Virus record (IMG/VR): IMGVR_UViG_3300025015_000014
Coordinates: 1 to 64,000 of that record
Direction: 5' to 3' (one strand)
Source of the DNA: a virus
Length of the DNA stretch: 64,000 nt
Part shown: piece after piece, positions 1 to 9,021 of the stretch
Position numbering within the stretch: position 1 is the first letter of the stretch
Layout of the letters: each line of letters begins with the position of its first letter
Program-made: the position numbers and the translations under genes
Notes under the pieces: generated by a model
Database searches by the model: none
What the model was told of the DNA's origin: nothing
What the model saw: only the letters and a program-made list of their open reading frames with translations

Positions 1-2970
1 CCCCCCGGACGAAGACAGGGTTAGATCAAACGCTCCCGTGACCGTGAAATTGGAAGCTGCGGCGGAGTCAATGCTGATTGCCCCCGTGGAATCAACCGCG
101 ATCCCACCCGTGCCAGAATCAATATCCACGCCGCCGGTACCGTTGCCAGCAACGCCGCTGATCTTGACCGCATCCACCCCAGTTCCAGTGGAGGACAGCA
201 CAAGGCTGGAATCCGTGGTTCCTGTAACGGAAATCGTCAGATCATCCGCAGCACTCAGGGAACCCACCGTGATCGTGGCAGCAGCACCCGAAGTGATGTT
301 GACAGCCGTGTCGTTCGTGGTGTTGCCCAGTGCGATGGTGCGGGCACCAGCCGTACCAATACTGATGTTCTGTGCAACCGCATCATTGCCGAGACTGATC
401 GTTCCAGCAGACGAATTGATTGCCAGAGCACCAGAAGCATCGAGGTCAAGAGTTCCCGTAATGCCCCAAGCAGATCCAGCACCCGCAGTCAGGTTGATGG
501 CACCGCCTGCATTGACGGCTATGGCACCAGAGGTGGCTCCTGCGTCAATGTCAATACCACCAGCCGCATTCGAGGCATAGATGCGAACTGCATCAACAGC
601 AGCTTCGCCGCCTTGGACAATCACAGAACCCGCTGTAGAATACAGTGTCAGATCCACAGCCCCTGTGAGTGTGAAGTGCGAGGCTCCCGTAGCGTCTAGT
701 GCGATACCGCCTGTACCTGCGTCCGCATCAATTCCACCAGCGGCATTGGAAGCGTTAATACGAATCGCATCCGCCGTCGCCTCAGCACTTGTCAGAATGA
801 GGGAGTTTGTAGATGCTTGCAGGGTCAAATCCCCTACAGAAGCACTCCAAACAGAAGCTCCCCCCGCCGTAAACGTCAACGACCCCGAGGACGTAAACGA
901 GGAGTTCCCGTTAGTCGTCAGAACCGCAGTGCCTGTACTTTGCGCCAAGTTACCCGTGATGCCCACATTCTTGCTGAAGTTAACAGCTTCGGCGCCGTCC
1001 GTGGTTACAAAGGTCATGTAAATGCTTGCGGCTTCCGCAACAGAAAAAGCGCTGCTCTGGTTGTCAGCCAGATTGATTTTAGATGTTCCACTGCCCATTG
1101 CAGTGAGATCCATCAACTTCCCGAAACCCTGACCTACGCGAATAGCCGAAATGTTGGCTCCCGCGCCTGGAGGACCTCCTACAGTGTTGGCATTCAATGT
1201 AAGAGCGTTCATCTGGTAGTCAACATCTGCCGTGTTTGATACAGCAGTGACCAAAAGTCCCGTCAGAGCTCCACCAGTACGTCCAGTTGCGCCCTGAGTA
1301 ATGCCTACACTCAGGGCAGTTCCGTCATTCGTTGCGTGGTTCTCTGTGAGCGTCGTGGTTGCCAAAGCACCCGCAGATACCAAAGTCACAACCTGCGAAG
1401 ACGTGCTGCTCAGAGTCAAAGCCTGTGTCACAGCCATTGAACCGGCAACTGTCGTGGCTTTACCCGCCACAGACAGTCCCACCACACCGGAAGCGTCTAC
1501 GGTGAAGTAGGAGGCTGCACTGTTGTTCTGGACCTGGAAGTCCGTTGCAGACGTATCCGTGCCCAAACGCATGATGGTTGAGCCGGTTACCAGCGTGTTG
1601 TCGATGATCAGGTCACCCGTGGCACTTGTCATCGTGGTGTCGGTACCGTCGTGCAGGATACCAAAATCCGCACCCGCCCCGATGGTCAAAGATTTGCTGT
1701 CCGCATCAATGTCGATACCGAAGGAGGCATCAACATTGGCAGCAAAGTCTGCCTGAAGGGTCACACCAAGGGTTCCAGAAACCCCGAGGTTTCCACTCAT
1801 CGAAACGGCTTCGGAACCGTCCGTTGTGACAAGCTTCAAGATGCCGACCTTGCCTGTCGAATCAAAAGACAGAGCCGCTGCATCGTTGTCATCCATCAGG
1901 ATGATGGGCTGTGCCCCGGAGTTGTCATAGGCTTCCTGCAAAGTCACGGAAGCATCAATGTCCGTGAACACGAACGGAGTGGCTGCGGCATAAGAGGTTT
2001 CCCACTTGCCATCAGTGCCAGCCCGCAACACTGACAAGTTTACGACAACCACGTCGCCCTGTACCGTGGCGTCCGTAGCGAAGTCACTCTCGGTGAAGTC
2101 TTCCACGCGGGCAGTGACACCGATACCACGAATCGTCAACTTGCCCGTCGTGTCATTGTATGCCAGAACTTCGTAGATGCCGTCGTTCTTGGGGTTGGCA
2201 GCGCCACTCACCTGAATGATGTCCGCTGTGGCAAAGGTCTTGCCTGTGGTGACATAAACGTAAGCGTTTGCTGCGGGATCGACCACAGCAGCGGTGAAAC
2301 CTGTGGCGATAACGGCAGCACGTTTGCCCGCAGTTCCAGACGGAAGCGTGTTGATTACCAGACCACCCGTCTGAGCTACCGCAACCGTGTACTCTGCATT
2401 GAGGTACAGGTGATTATCTGCAATCAGCACTTCTTCGGAGTGGATGATGTACTCGGTGCCCTGTACCGTCAGGTTACCAGCAATCACGGTGTCGCCTGTC
2501 GCAACAGCTACCGTGAACTTGTTGGCACCCACTACGAACGGACCACCCGTTACGTCAAGTCCGAGTGTTGCGTCCAGGTTGCCCGTAAGGGTAACCGTGC
2601 CCGTGCCCGTCTGCGTCAAGGCACTGTTGGCCTCCGCAAACGTCCAGGAACCCTCTGTACCTGTAAAGGTCAGAGCCCCGCCAGCGACATCGAGACCGTC
2701 GTTGGCGTCCACATTGCCTGTAATTACTGCCGTCCCAACGATGGCCGTATTTCCCGAAGCACTGGCAACAGAGAACTTCGTGACGTTGCTGCTGTCCTTC
2801 ATTGTCAAGTCGAAGGACGATGCTCCTACCGCGAATCGTGTGTACTGGTTTTCGCCAGCCGATTCCGTGAAGCTAAGACCAACACCACGCATATCGAGAA
2901 CGTCTGCTGCTGCCAATGTCAGGGGCGCGCCACCGCTGAGTACGAGAACTCTATTAGTGTAAGTAGCCAT
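1..2970 (-). CDS. Large tail fibre / virion adhesin-like protein, 3' end runs off the window (>990 aa)
   Basis: Absent from the ORF track because it has no stop in the window. I read an open minus-strand frame from ATG at 2970 (MATYTNRVLVLSGGAPLTLAAADVLD...) to base 1, with GAGAGGGA upstream. The protein is G/A/T/S/V/D-rich, has beta-strand-like repeats (DAIRINASNAAGGIDxDAGTGGI) and a 'GNLTVQGT' motif typical of phage fibres. Confidence 0.75.
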   Translation of the reverse strand, partial: MATYTNRVLVLSGGAPLTLAAADVLDMRGVGLSFTESAGENQYTRFAVGASSFDLTMKDSSNVTKFSVASASGNTAIVGTAVITGNVDANDGLDVAGGALTFTGTEGSWTFAEANSALTQTGTGTVTLTGNLDATLGLDVTGGPFVVGANKFTVAVATGDTVIAGNLTVQGTEYIIHSEEVLIADNHLYLNAEYTVAVAQTGGLVINTLPSGTAGKRAAVIATGFTAAVVDPAANAYVYVTTGKTFATADIIQVSGAANPKNDGIYEVLAYNDTTGKLTIRGIGVTARVEDFTESDFATDATVQGDVVVVNLSVLRAGTDGKWETSYAAATPFVFTDIDASVTLQEAYDNSGAQPIILMDDNDAAALSFDSTGKVGILKLVTTDGSEAVSMSGNLGVSGTLGVTLQADFAANVDASFGIDIDADSKSLTIGAGADFGILHDGTDTTMTSATGDLIIDNTLVTGSTIMRLGTDTSATDFQVQNNSAASYFTVDASGVVGLSVAGKATTVAGSMAVTQALTLSSTSSQVVTLVSAGALATTTLTENHATNDGTALSVGITQGATGRTGGALTGLLVTAVSNTADVDYQMNALTLNANTVGGPPGAGANISAIRVGQGFGKLMDLTAMGSGTSKINLADNQSSAFSVAEAASIYMTFVTTDGAEAVNFSKNVGITGNLAQSTGTAVLTTNGNSSFTSSGSLTFTAGGASVWSASVGDLTLQASTNSLILTSAEATADAIRINASNAAGGIDADAGTGGIALDATGASHFTLTGAVDLTLYSTAGSVIVQGGEAAVDAVRIYASNAAGGIDIDAGATSGAIAVNAGGAINLTAGAGSAWGITGTLDLDASGALAINSSAGTISLGNDAVAQNISIGTAGARTIALGNTTNDTAVNITSGAAATITVGSLSAADDLTISVTGTTDSSLVLSSTGTGVDAVKISGVAGNGTGGVDIDSGTGGIAVDSTGAISIDSAAASNFTVTGAFDLTLSSSGG

Positions 2971-3186
2971 TTCGGCTTTCTCCCTCTCAGCTTGTGCCCT
3001 GTCTGGTCAGTTCTCACCCGAGAACCAAACCGCAATCTGCTTGAATCAGTAGGGATCTTTGGGATCTAATGGGGCAATCATATGGATCTGTGGGGTGTAA
3101 TCAGAAGAATCAGGCAATCGAAAGGGCAGGCAATACAATCGTCCCCGAAGGGGATGCAGAGAGTTTAGCCTAGCAGAACGGGCGTG

Positions 3187-3585
3187 TCAAGCAAATTCTG
3201 GAGGGGTGATCTCCGCGTCCGCGTCTGCGTCCCCTTCTGTCTCGGGAAGGGGGGTCTCGTCCGTGGGGCTTGCTTCCGGCTCAGGTTCGTCCTCTGCGGC
3301 TGCGGGGTCAGGACCCAACCCCAGCAGGTAGTTCCGAACCAGACCCAAATCCTGGAGCTTCTTCTGGACGGCATTCAGCTTTTCCTGTGCCTTCTGAAGC
3401 GTACCCTGCCGCTGTACCTCCAACTCGTTGACCTGCTCGAAAACGCCCGCCTTCTTCAGGATGGCGGAAATCTTGGCAGTTACCTTGGAGGCATACGCCT
3501 GATAGGTCTTCTGGAGGTTCTGCCCTTCGATGGCTACTGCTTTCATGTCCTGTTCAACTCGTTCAAGGTCTTCTTTCCGTGCCAT
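3187..3585 (-). CDS. Hypothetical protein (coiled coil plus acidic C-terminal tail)
   Basis: ORF 3187..3696. A GGAGG RBS precedes the ATG at 3585 (MARKEDLERVEQ...), which is the probable start. Confidence 0.65.
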   Translation of the reverse strand: MARKEDLERVEQDMKAVAIEGQNLQKTYQAYASKVTAKISAILKKAGVFEQVNELEVQRQGTLQKAQEKLNAVQKKLQDLGLVRNYLLGLGPDPAAAEDEPEPEASPTDETPLPETEGDADADAEITPPEFA

Positions 3586-3673
3586 TTTCCTGTGTCCTCC
3601 CTTGTAAGCCTTATGTTTCCGACGCTCCGCAATCTCTCGCCGTTTGGCTGCTTGCCTCCGACGTACTTGCGCT

Positions 3674-3961
3674 TTAGCTGCCTTTGACCGTGCCAATACT
3701 TCTCTCTCGGTTCTTCAAAGCCAGTCGAAGCATTGTTTGCATCGACCGACATGCTGCATCATACCGTTCTTCAAGGGAGCCTGGAAAAGCCATCAGCAAT
3801 TCTTCTGCCGGGGGCGTCCCATTACTGGACAGTTCGGCAAAAACAAAGGTCACTTCGCCCGTTTGATCCCCCGAACTGGTCTCAACCCGGATGAACCTAG
3901 CTCCCCTGGAAACTAAGAACCCAGCCATTCTGAAATCCGTAAGTCGCACCACGTCAGCCAT
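3674..3961 (-). CDS. DUF5659-like small protein
   Basis: Pattern 'LTDFRMAGFLVSRG...VTFVF...YDAACRSMQ' resembles DUF5659. Paralogous to 4316..4588. Confidence 0.55.
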   Translation of the reverse strand: MADVVRLTDFRMAGFLVSRGARFIRVETSSGDQTGEVTFVFAELSSNGTPPAEELLMAFPGSLEERYDAACRSMQTMLRLALKNRERSIGTVKGS

Positions 3962-3966
3962 TGCTA

Positions 3967-4323
3967 TCAGCCACCTTTGACAAAACGTGCTATGAGTCCC
4001 GGATAACCGCCATGATCCACATAAACCAATGTCAGAAGTTCCTCCACCCTTGACACCAAACCTGTCCCGGGTTCCTCTCCTGTCATCTCTCCATAGATCG
4101 TATCTCCTTCATGGAAAGAGGTAGGCACCACATAGGCATAGACATATCGGCCCACCTCTGCGGGAATGGATGGCACCATGGGTTGACTGACCAGAACCTC
4201 CTTGGCCCCCGTGGCATACTGAAACACAGTGATCCACGGATTCAAGACAGCTACCGGGATGTTCAAGCTATCCATAAAGAGCACCTGGAACGTCCAGGTG
4301 TTACCTATAATTGCTTCAGCCAT
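3967..4323 (-). CDS. Hypothetical protein, probable beta-sandwich virion protein
   Basis: 118-aa beta-rich ORF (GNTWTFQVLF...GRYVYAYVVP) in the late cluster. Confidence 0.6.
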   Translation of the reverse strand: MAEAIIGNTWTFQVLFMDSLNIPVAVLNPWITVFQYATGAKEVLVSQPMVPSIPAEVGRYVYAYVVPTSFHEGDTIYGEMTGEEPGTGLVSRVEELLTLVYVDHGGYPGLIARFVKGG

Positions 4324-4588
4324 CTTGGTCCATGTGCAGCAAGGTCTTCAGAGCACGGAGTTCCTCCGCATAATCCCTGGCAATGACCTTGGCCTCTCGA
4401 TTGAAAAACTGGGTCCGGAGATCCCTCAAGCCACCTGAGTTCTCGAAGTAGAAATAGGTTCGACGCTCAATCGGGTCTCTCTCGGTTCGCAAGTAGGGAA
4501 CACGGGCTACCCGGAGAAAGGCAGCATAGTAGATATCCGCGGTGCGGTATTCGTGACTCTCGGGAAGCGTCTCAAGATTCTTCGTCAA
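4316..4588 (-). CDS. DUF5659-like small protein
   Basis: 'YRTADIYYAAFLRVARV...RTYFYFE...FFNREAKV...YAEELRALK' matches the DUF5659-type pattern. GGAG RBS upstream. Confidence 0.6.
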   Translation of the reverse strand: MTKNLETLPESHEYRTADIYYAAFLRVARVPYLRTERDPIERRTYFYFENSGGLRDLRTQFFNREAKVIARDYAEELRALKTLLHMDQDG

Positions 4589-4652
4589 AACCGTCTCCTG
4601 CGTCTCTCCATCCCCAATCCAAATGGACAGGGAGGCTCTCCTTTATGGGGTC

Positions 4653-4669
4653 TAATAGATGAGTTACCG
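4653..4669 (-). promoter_or_regulatory. Candidate phage late promoter (CGGTAA-N5-CTAT)
   Basis: Minus strand CGGTAACTCATCTATT in the gap upstream of 4588. The same motif recurs upstream of other late genes. Confidence 0.45.
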
Positions 4670-4676
4670 AAGGGAA

Positions 4677-5612
4677 TTAGAGAACGACACCAAGATGGGT
4701 ATAAGCCTGGAGACAGGGGTAGATCCCCGTGGCTGGAATGACCGTGACCCCATCGGCTGCCATGGCCCGAGGCAACCAGGCAGAAACGGCGGCTGCCGTG
4801 TAGGCAAAGGCCGGGTTCAAAATAGTACGGTTGCCTTTCAACACGAGGATGTCCCCACCACCGTTTGAACCATTGAAGGCTCCGGTGCGGGCCAGTGTCG
4901 GGCGTCCCACGTAGCCGTGTTCTGTTGCAGTCAACCATACACCGTGGGATGTGAAGGTTGTGCCTCCGTTGGTACTGATTACTTGAGCGGCTACCAGAAC
5001 GTCACGTTCGGCCAGGGACTGGAAGGCTCCTGCGAGGAGACTTGTGATCACGAACCGTTGACGCCGATAAACCTCTCCGGACAGTATTCGGAGAACATCA
5101 AGCACTGTTCCAAAGGATTTGCTAGGAGCAGTGGCTCCGTCCAAATCAGTTTGGGCGACAACTACAGACAACAAGACATTGATGGCTGCCAGGGTCAGGG
5201 CCGCTCCTGTGTTGGCTGCATTCATGATGGCCAGGGCTGCTGCATTAGCCTGAGCAAACGTGAAACAGGGTGCCCCTACGGCTCCGATACCTCCGGCATG
5301 TACCCGCTCTTGCAAATAGGCAGCAAGGCCAAACGTACAGGTCTGAGTGGCCAACACGTTGTTGGCTACAATCGTGGCATCTGCCGCAGGGCTATCCCCA
5401 GCAACCAGGGTCGTGTTCTTGCTCCCTGACACGTAGGCATCTGCATTGGACACGGTAGCTGCCGGGGTGTCAAGACAAGACCCCAGATAGCATGACTGGA
5501 CCTGCCCATCATAGGGGGGCAATGGCTGGAAGCCGGGGGTCAGATCCTGAATCACCAACCCCAAACCCGCCAGGTCATTGCGTCGTGGGATGAGAAACAC
5601 TCGATTCGCCAT
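4677..5612 (-). CDS. Putative virion structural protein, paralog 3 of a tandem triplet
   Basis: Shares RNDL..DL.P, GL.AYL, 'GTV.D.LRIL.G.VYR' and a C-terminal 'Y...G' motif with the two upstream genes. Confidence 0.65.
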   Translation of the reverse strand: MANRVFLIPRRNDLAGLGLVIQDLTPGFQPLPPYDGQVQSCYLGSCLDTPAATVSNADAYVSGSKNTTLVAGDSPAADATIVANNVLATQTCTFGLAAYLQERVHAGGIGAVGAPCFTFAQANAAALAIMNAANTGAALTLAAINVLLSVVVAQTDLDGATAPSKSFGTVLDVLRILSGEVYRRQRFVITSLLAGAFQSLAERDVLVAAQVISTNGGTTFTSHGVWLTATEHGYVGRPTLARTGAFNGSNGGGDILVLKGNRTILNPAFAYTAAAVSAWLPRAMAADGVTVIPATGIYPCLQAYTHLGVVL

Positions 5613-5644
5613 AACTACTGTCTCCCTCTCAGGGGTGTCAACCC

Positions 5645-6484
5645 CTAGATGATTGCCCCTGTGATGTCATACACCACTACAGCCCGGCCCGCTCCGGTTG
5701 CCGGGATTGCGCCTCCCGCGATAGTCAAAGCCGTTCCGGCTGCCCCATAGGTGAACTGTGGGTTGAGCCAGGTAAAGGTTGCCGGGGTCAGCTTTGAGAG
5801 CACCCCGGTCAAGGCCGAGAGATGCACTTCACCCGTGTTGAAGAGCCGTCGGATGTTCCGGAAGGTCAGATCCTGAGTACCCGTCTGGGGGGCTGCTGCC
5901 GTTGGGATCTTCTCAGTGCCCCAACGTCCGCCCGGATGGTTCAAAGTCTGAACCAAGTTTGGGGTCACTACAAAAGCGCCTGTGTTGGCGGCATGGAAGT
6001 TTCCGGCACCATCCGAGATAGCCGCCAGGTTAGCCATTCTGTAGACATCCCCGTAAAGGATTCGGAGCAGGTCTTGCACCGTACCACGGGAGTTACCCGC
6101 CGAGCCATCCCAAGAAGAACCAGCCCCGTGAACCGCAACCACGAAAGCATTGAGAGTTGCAACCAGTAGATCTCCACCCGCCGCCACCTGGGCAAAGATC
6201 AGGTTGGCAATGGTTGCAGCATCAGCAACACTGGTTGGCGCATTACCAGTTGGATCCTCGATGGTATCAAGGATGTAGGCCCGAACACCATAGGTGGTCC
6301 CATTGATGGTGATCGGGGGACCAGCATTGACGGCTACTGCCTGGTTCTGGAAGTAGTCCGAACGATACCCGGTCTGTCCTGCCCCGAGAGAGGGCAGATC
6401 CAAAGAGGTGTTCGGCTTCAGATCCAGAATCTGGAGCAGGCTGTCTGCCAGATCATTTCGAGCTAGTACGGGGTATGCGAACAT
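5645..6484 (-). CDS. Putative virion structural protein, paralog 2 of a tandem triplet
   Basis: RNDLADSLLQILDLKPN, GVRAYILDTIE, GTVQDLLRILYGDVYR, VVVYDITG. GGAGG RBS. Confidence 0.65.
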   Translation of the reverse strand: MFAYPVLARNDLADSLLQILDLKPNTSLDLPSLGAGQTGYRSDYFQNQAVAVNAGPPITINGTTYGVRAYILDTIEDPTGNAPTSVADAATIANLIFAQVAAGGDLLVATLNAFVVAVHGAGSSWDGSAGNSRGTVQDLLRILYGDVYRMANLAAISDGAGNFHAANTGAFVVTPNLVQTLNHPGGRWGTEKIPTAAAPQTGTQDLTFRNIRRLFNTGEVHLSALTGVLSKLTPATFTWLNPQFTYGAAGTALTIAGGAIPATGAGRAVVVYDITGAII

Positions 6485-6521
6485 CTTTATCTCCTCCCTG
6501 GGTCAGTCCAGAGGAAAGCCA

Positions 6522-7754
6522 TTAACCAGCCAAGCTCCCGTCATCATTGTAGACCGTGACCAACCGCACGTTGGTCTGAACCGGGAACGTCAAAGCTCCC
6601 TGATAGGTCCAGGGGTAATGCGGACACAGGTCACTATCCGGATAGAGTGTGATGGTTGGCTGACCGGCCAACCGACGCATGGTGGCCAAAGCCCCGGACA
6701 TCACCGAGATGGTGAAAGATCCACCCTCGTAGGTGTGCCGGATGTTTTTCCATTCGATGTTCGCGGTGTCTCCACCAATAGAGCCCGGAACGCACTCGCC
6801 GTGGTCCCAGCCGGAGAAAGTGGTCACCGGGTAAGTGAAACCCCCAAGCAGAACAGGGTTCCACTGATAGGTGGGGTTGACAGCCGAGAAGAACTGCTGA
6901 ATTGCCCCTGCCCGACTCAGACGATTGACCCGATAGCCACGTCCGGCGAGGATAGACAGAAGTTCGGTCAGAACACCAACCGAGTTGGATCCACCGGCAT
7001 TGGTCAGTTCTGCATTGGCATTGGCCAGCAAGATTACGTTCGCATCCCCCAGAGCCATCGCCAAACCGGCATCCATCCGAGCAATGAGGGCAGCGGCCGT
7101 GGCTGTGAGACAGGAGTTCCAATGCTCACGGCTACGGGTCATCCGATTTGTGACCCCGGTGACAAGTTCGGCGATTGCTTCCCGAACCTGACTCGTTGAT
7201 GCCAGGGCAAGACTTCCATTCGGGCCAAGAACAGGAGTAGCCCCTGGACTCAACAAGGCATTGATCGTGACTACATTGGCCAATGCTGCCGCATCACAGT
7301 AGATGTTGTCGCCCCCTACCGCAGCCATGAGGGCAATGGAAGCGGGATGAGAAATTGTAAGAGCCAGGGAAGTCGCCGCGGCATTGTCTCCAGCATTCAT
7401 GTTGAATTGTTGGAGGGCCGGGTTTGCCCCGCCATTCTGGGCTGTGAATGGAATGGTCTTGATGGTCACGATATCCCCAGCCAGAACCCCGGTCAGAGCA
7501 ATCCGACCAAGCCCTTGCTGAAGTCCGCCGGGTTCTACTTTGTCCAGAAGGTATGCCCGCAAGCCCGAGGCATGATCTTCGATCAATGCCCCGGAGGCAT
7601 ACTGAACCGCCGCAGCGTCATTCTGCACTCGGTTCAAGTAACGGGTCTGACCTGGAGAATCATGACCTGGTCGCTGCCGGGAAGAATTGGGTACCATGTC
7701 CAAGACCTGAACCTGTCCATCTGACAACGCCGAGGTGAGACAAATGTACGGCAT
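6522..7754 (-). CDS. Putative virion structural protein, paralog 1 of a tandem triplet, with an inserted domain
   Basis: QVLDMVPN, GLRAYLLDKVE, GVLTELLSILAGRGYR, VTVYNDDG, plus roughly 120 extra residues in the middle. Confidence 0.65.
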   Translation of the reverse strand: MPYICLTSALSDGQVQVLDMVPNSSRQRPGHDSPGQTRYLNRVQNDAAAVQYASGALIEDHASGLRAYLLDKVEPGGLQQGLGRIALTGVLAGDIVTIKTIPFTAQNGGANPALQQFNMNAGDNAAATSLALTISHPASIALMAAVGGDNIYCDAAALANVVTINALLSPGATPVLGPNGSLALASTSQVREAIAELVTGVTNRMTRSREHWNSCLTATAAALIARMDAGLAMALGDANVILLANANAELTNAGGSNSVGVLTELLSILAGRGYRVNRLSRAGAIQQFFSAVNPTYQWNPVLLGGFTYPVTTFSGWDHGECVPGSIGGDTANIEWKNIRHTYEGGSFTISVMSGALATMRRLAGQPTITLYPDSDLCPHYPWTYQGALTFPVQTNVRLVTVYNDDGSLAG

Positions 7755-7858
7755 CTCTTTAGCTCCGCCCTCCCGAAAGAGGTTTTGTTAGTCCAGAGAG
7801 GGCTTCCACCCTACCTACCTGGGGTGCTGTTATAGAACGATTAGGCACCCCCTTTTTT

Positions 7859-8650
7859 TCAACCGAACATGTCAGAAGCAACGTCAATCCGGAACGCTGC
7901 TGCCCCGGCCCCGACGGCAGCCAAAACGATTTGTCGCCCGATCCCCTCCATCTGAATCTGACCTCCTGCCGGAATCATGGTCATTGGCGCACCCAGACTA
8001 GAGGCATACAGCAAATCATCTCCGCCCGCTGCGGGTTCGAGATTGTTGATGAAACCGGTCGTGATCGGAGCCGGGAGCCAGATGTGCATTGGCAAGGGTA
8101 ACTGAACAGACATATCCAGAACCGGGTTCACCCCCGCTGTGAAGCCAGTCCCACCAGGAGCAAGACCCTGTAGGGATATGTGCCGAATTGGACCTGTCCC
8201 GAACCAAGAAGCCGGAGGAATGACCGTGATTGGACCCTGAATGGGCCAGTTCAGATTGACCGGCCCAGCACAGATTAACCAACCTCCCGATGCGATTCTG
8301 TTCTCCTGTACCCGCACAAACAGATAGGCATCCGGGGAATAGACCAAGTCACGGAAGGCGAACTTGAATCGAGTGTGCCCGCGGGTAGACTCCTCAACCC
8401 GTGCCCGTCCCGTTTGATTCAGATAAGCCGTTTGGCCTACTTGACCAACAGGCACATCCATCAGAGCCACGGTTCCTGCTCCACCGACCCCACTGGCATT
8501 CAGGTTGCCATAGGCGTCATTCAAGGAGACGGCCCCCCGAATCCGAAGCTCTTGTGTTCCGGGCCGATGATGTACCATCAGGTCAAAGTAATCAGAAGCC
8601 CGTTCGACTACCCCGGCTCGTACATCAAAGGGTCCAAAGGTTGTGTTCAT
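7859..8650 (-). CDS. Hypothetical protein, probable structural
   Basis: 263-aa G/A/P/V-rich ORF with a GAGG RBS, located in the late cluster. Confidence 0.6.
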   Translation of the reverse strand: MNTTFGPFDVRAGVVERASDYFDLMVHHRPGTQELRIRGAVSLNDAYGNLNASGVGGAGTVALMDVPVGQVGQTAYLNQTGRARVEESTRGHTRFKFAFRDLVYSPDAYLFVRVQENRIASGGWLICAGPVNLNWPIQGPITVIPPASWFGTGPIRHISLQGLAPGGTGFTAGVNPVLDMSVQLPLPMHIWLPAPITTGFINNLEPAAGGDDLLYASSLGAPMTMIPAGGQIQMEGIGRQIVLAAVGAGAAAFRIDVASDMFG

Positions 8651-8653
8651 GAA

Positions 8654-9019
8654 TTACCTCGCATGTTCCTGTTGAACCAAGGGGGTGTAGGTCGAAGTAT
8701 CTTTCCCCTCAGAAGCAGCCTTCTTCTGGGCCTCGGCCCAGGTTCCAGTCTCATCCCCCCCAACATTGGGCACCAAAGCCGCTGTCGGAGCGTCTTTAGC
8801 CTTGCCAGAGAGTCTCCTATTCTTCTGAGCCATCTGACCCCGGATTTTCAAGTTCTTGCCCGGCCACCCATCACCCTTGAGAATCACCCCAACAGGTTCC
8901 AACACTCGCTCAGCCGTGGCCCCACAGACACAGGTCTGTGGCTCCTGATAGCAAGCCAATGGGAGACTGCGATCAAAAGTCGTGGAACAAACAGAACATC
9001 TGTAGGTGTAAGCAGGCAT
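8654..9019 (-). CDS. FmdB-family zinc-ribbon protein
   Basis: MPAYTYRCSVC...TCVCG...RVL...VILKGDGW is the FmdB/CxxC_CxxC_SSSS signature. Confidence 0.8.
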   Translation of the reverse strand: MPAYTYRCSVCSTTFDRSLPLACYQEPQTCVCGATAERVLEPVGVILKGDGWPGKNLKIRGQMAQKNRRLSGKAKDAPTAALVPNVGGDETGTWAEAQKKAASEGKDTSTYTPLVQQEHAR

Positions 9020-9021
9020 CG

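Noticed and set aside
38-3069. Multiple plus-strand ORFs (38..580, 581..1021, 2410..3069 and others)
   Set aside because: They are antisense shadows of the continuous minus-strand fibre gene, with no recognisable motifs.
2971-3186. Possible tRNA or ncRNA in intergenic gaps (also 12240-12630 and 36790-36928)
   Set aside because: I found no cloverleaf or T-loop pattern by eye, only a short 5-bp hairpin near 3142-3154. A covariance search would be needed to exclude novel RNAs.
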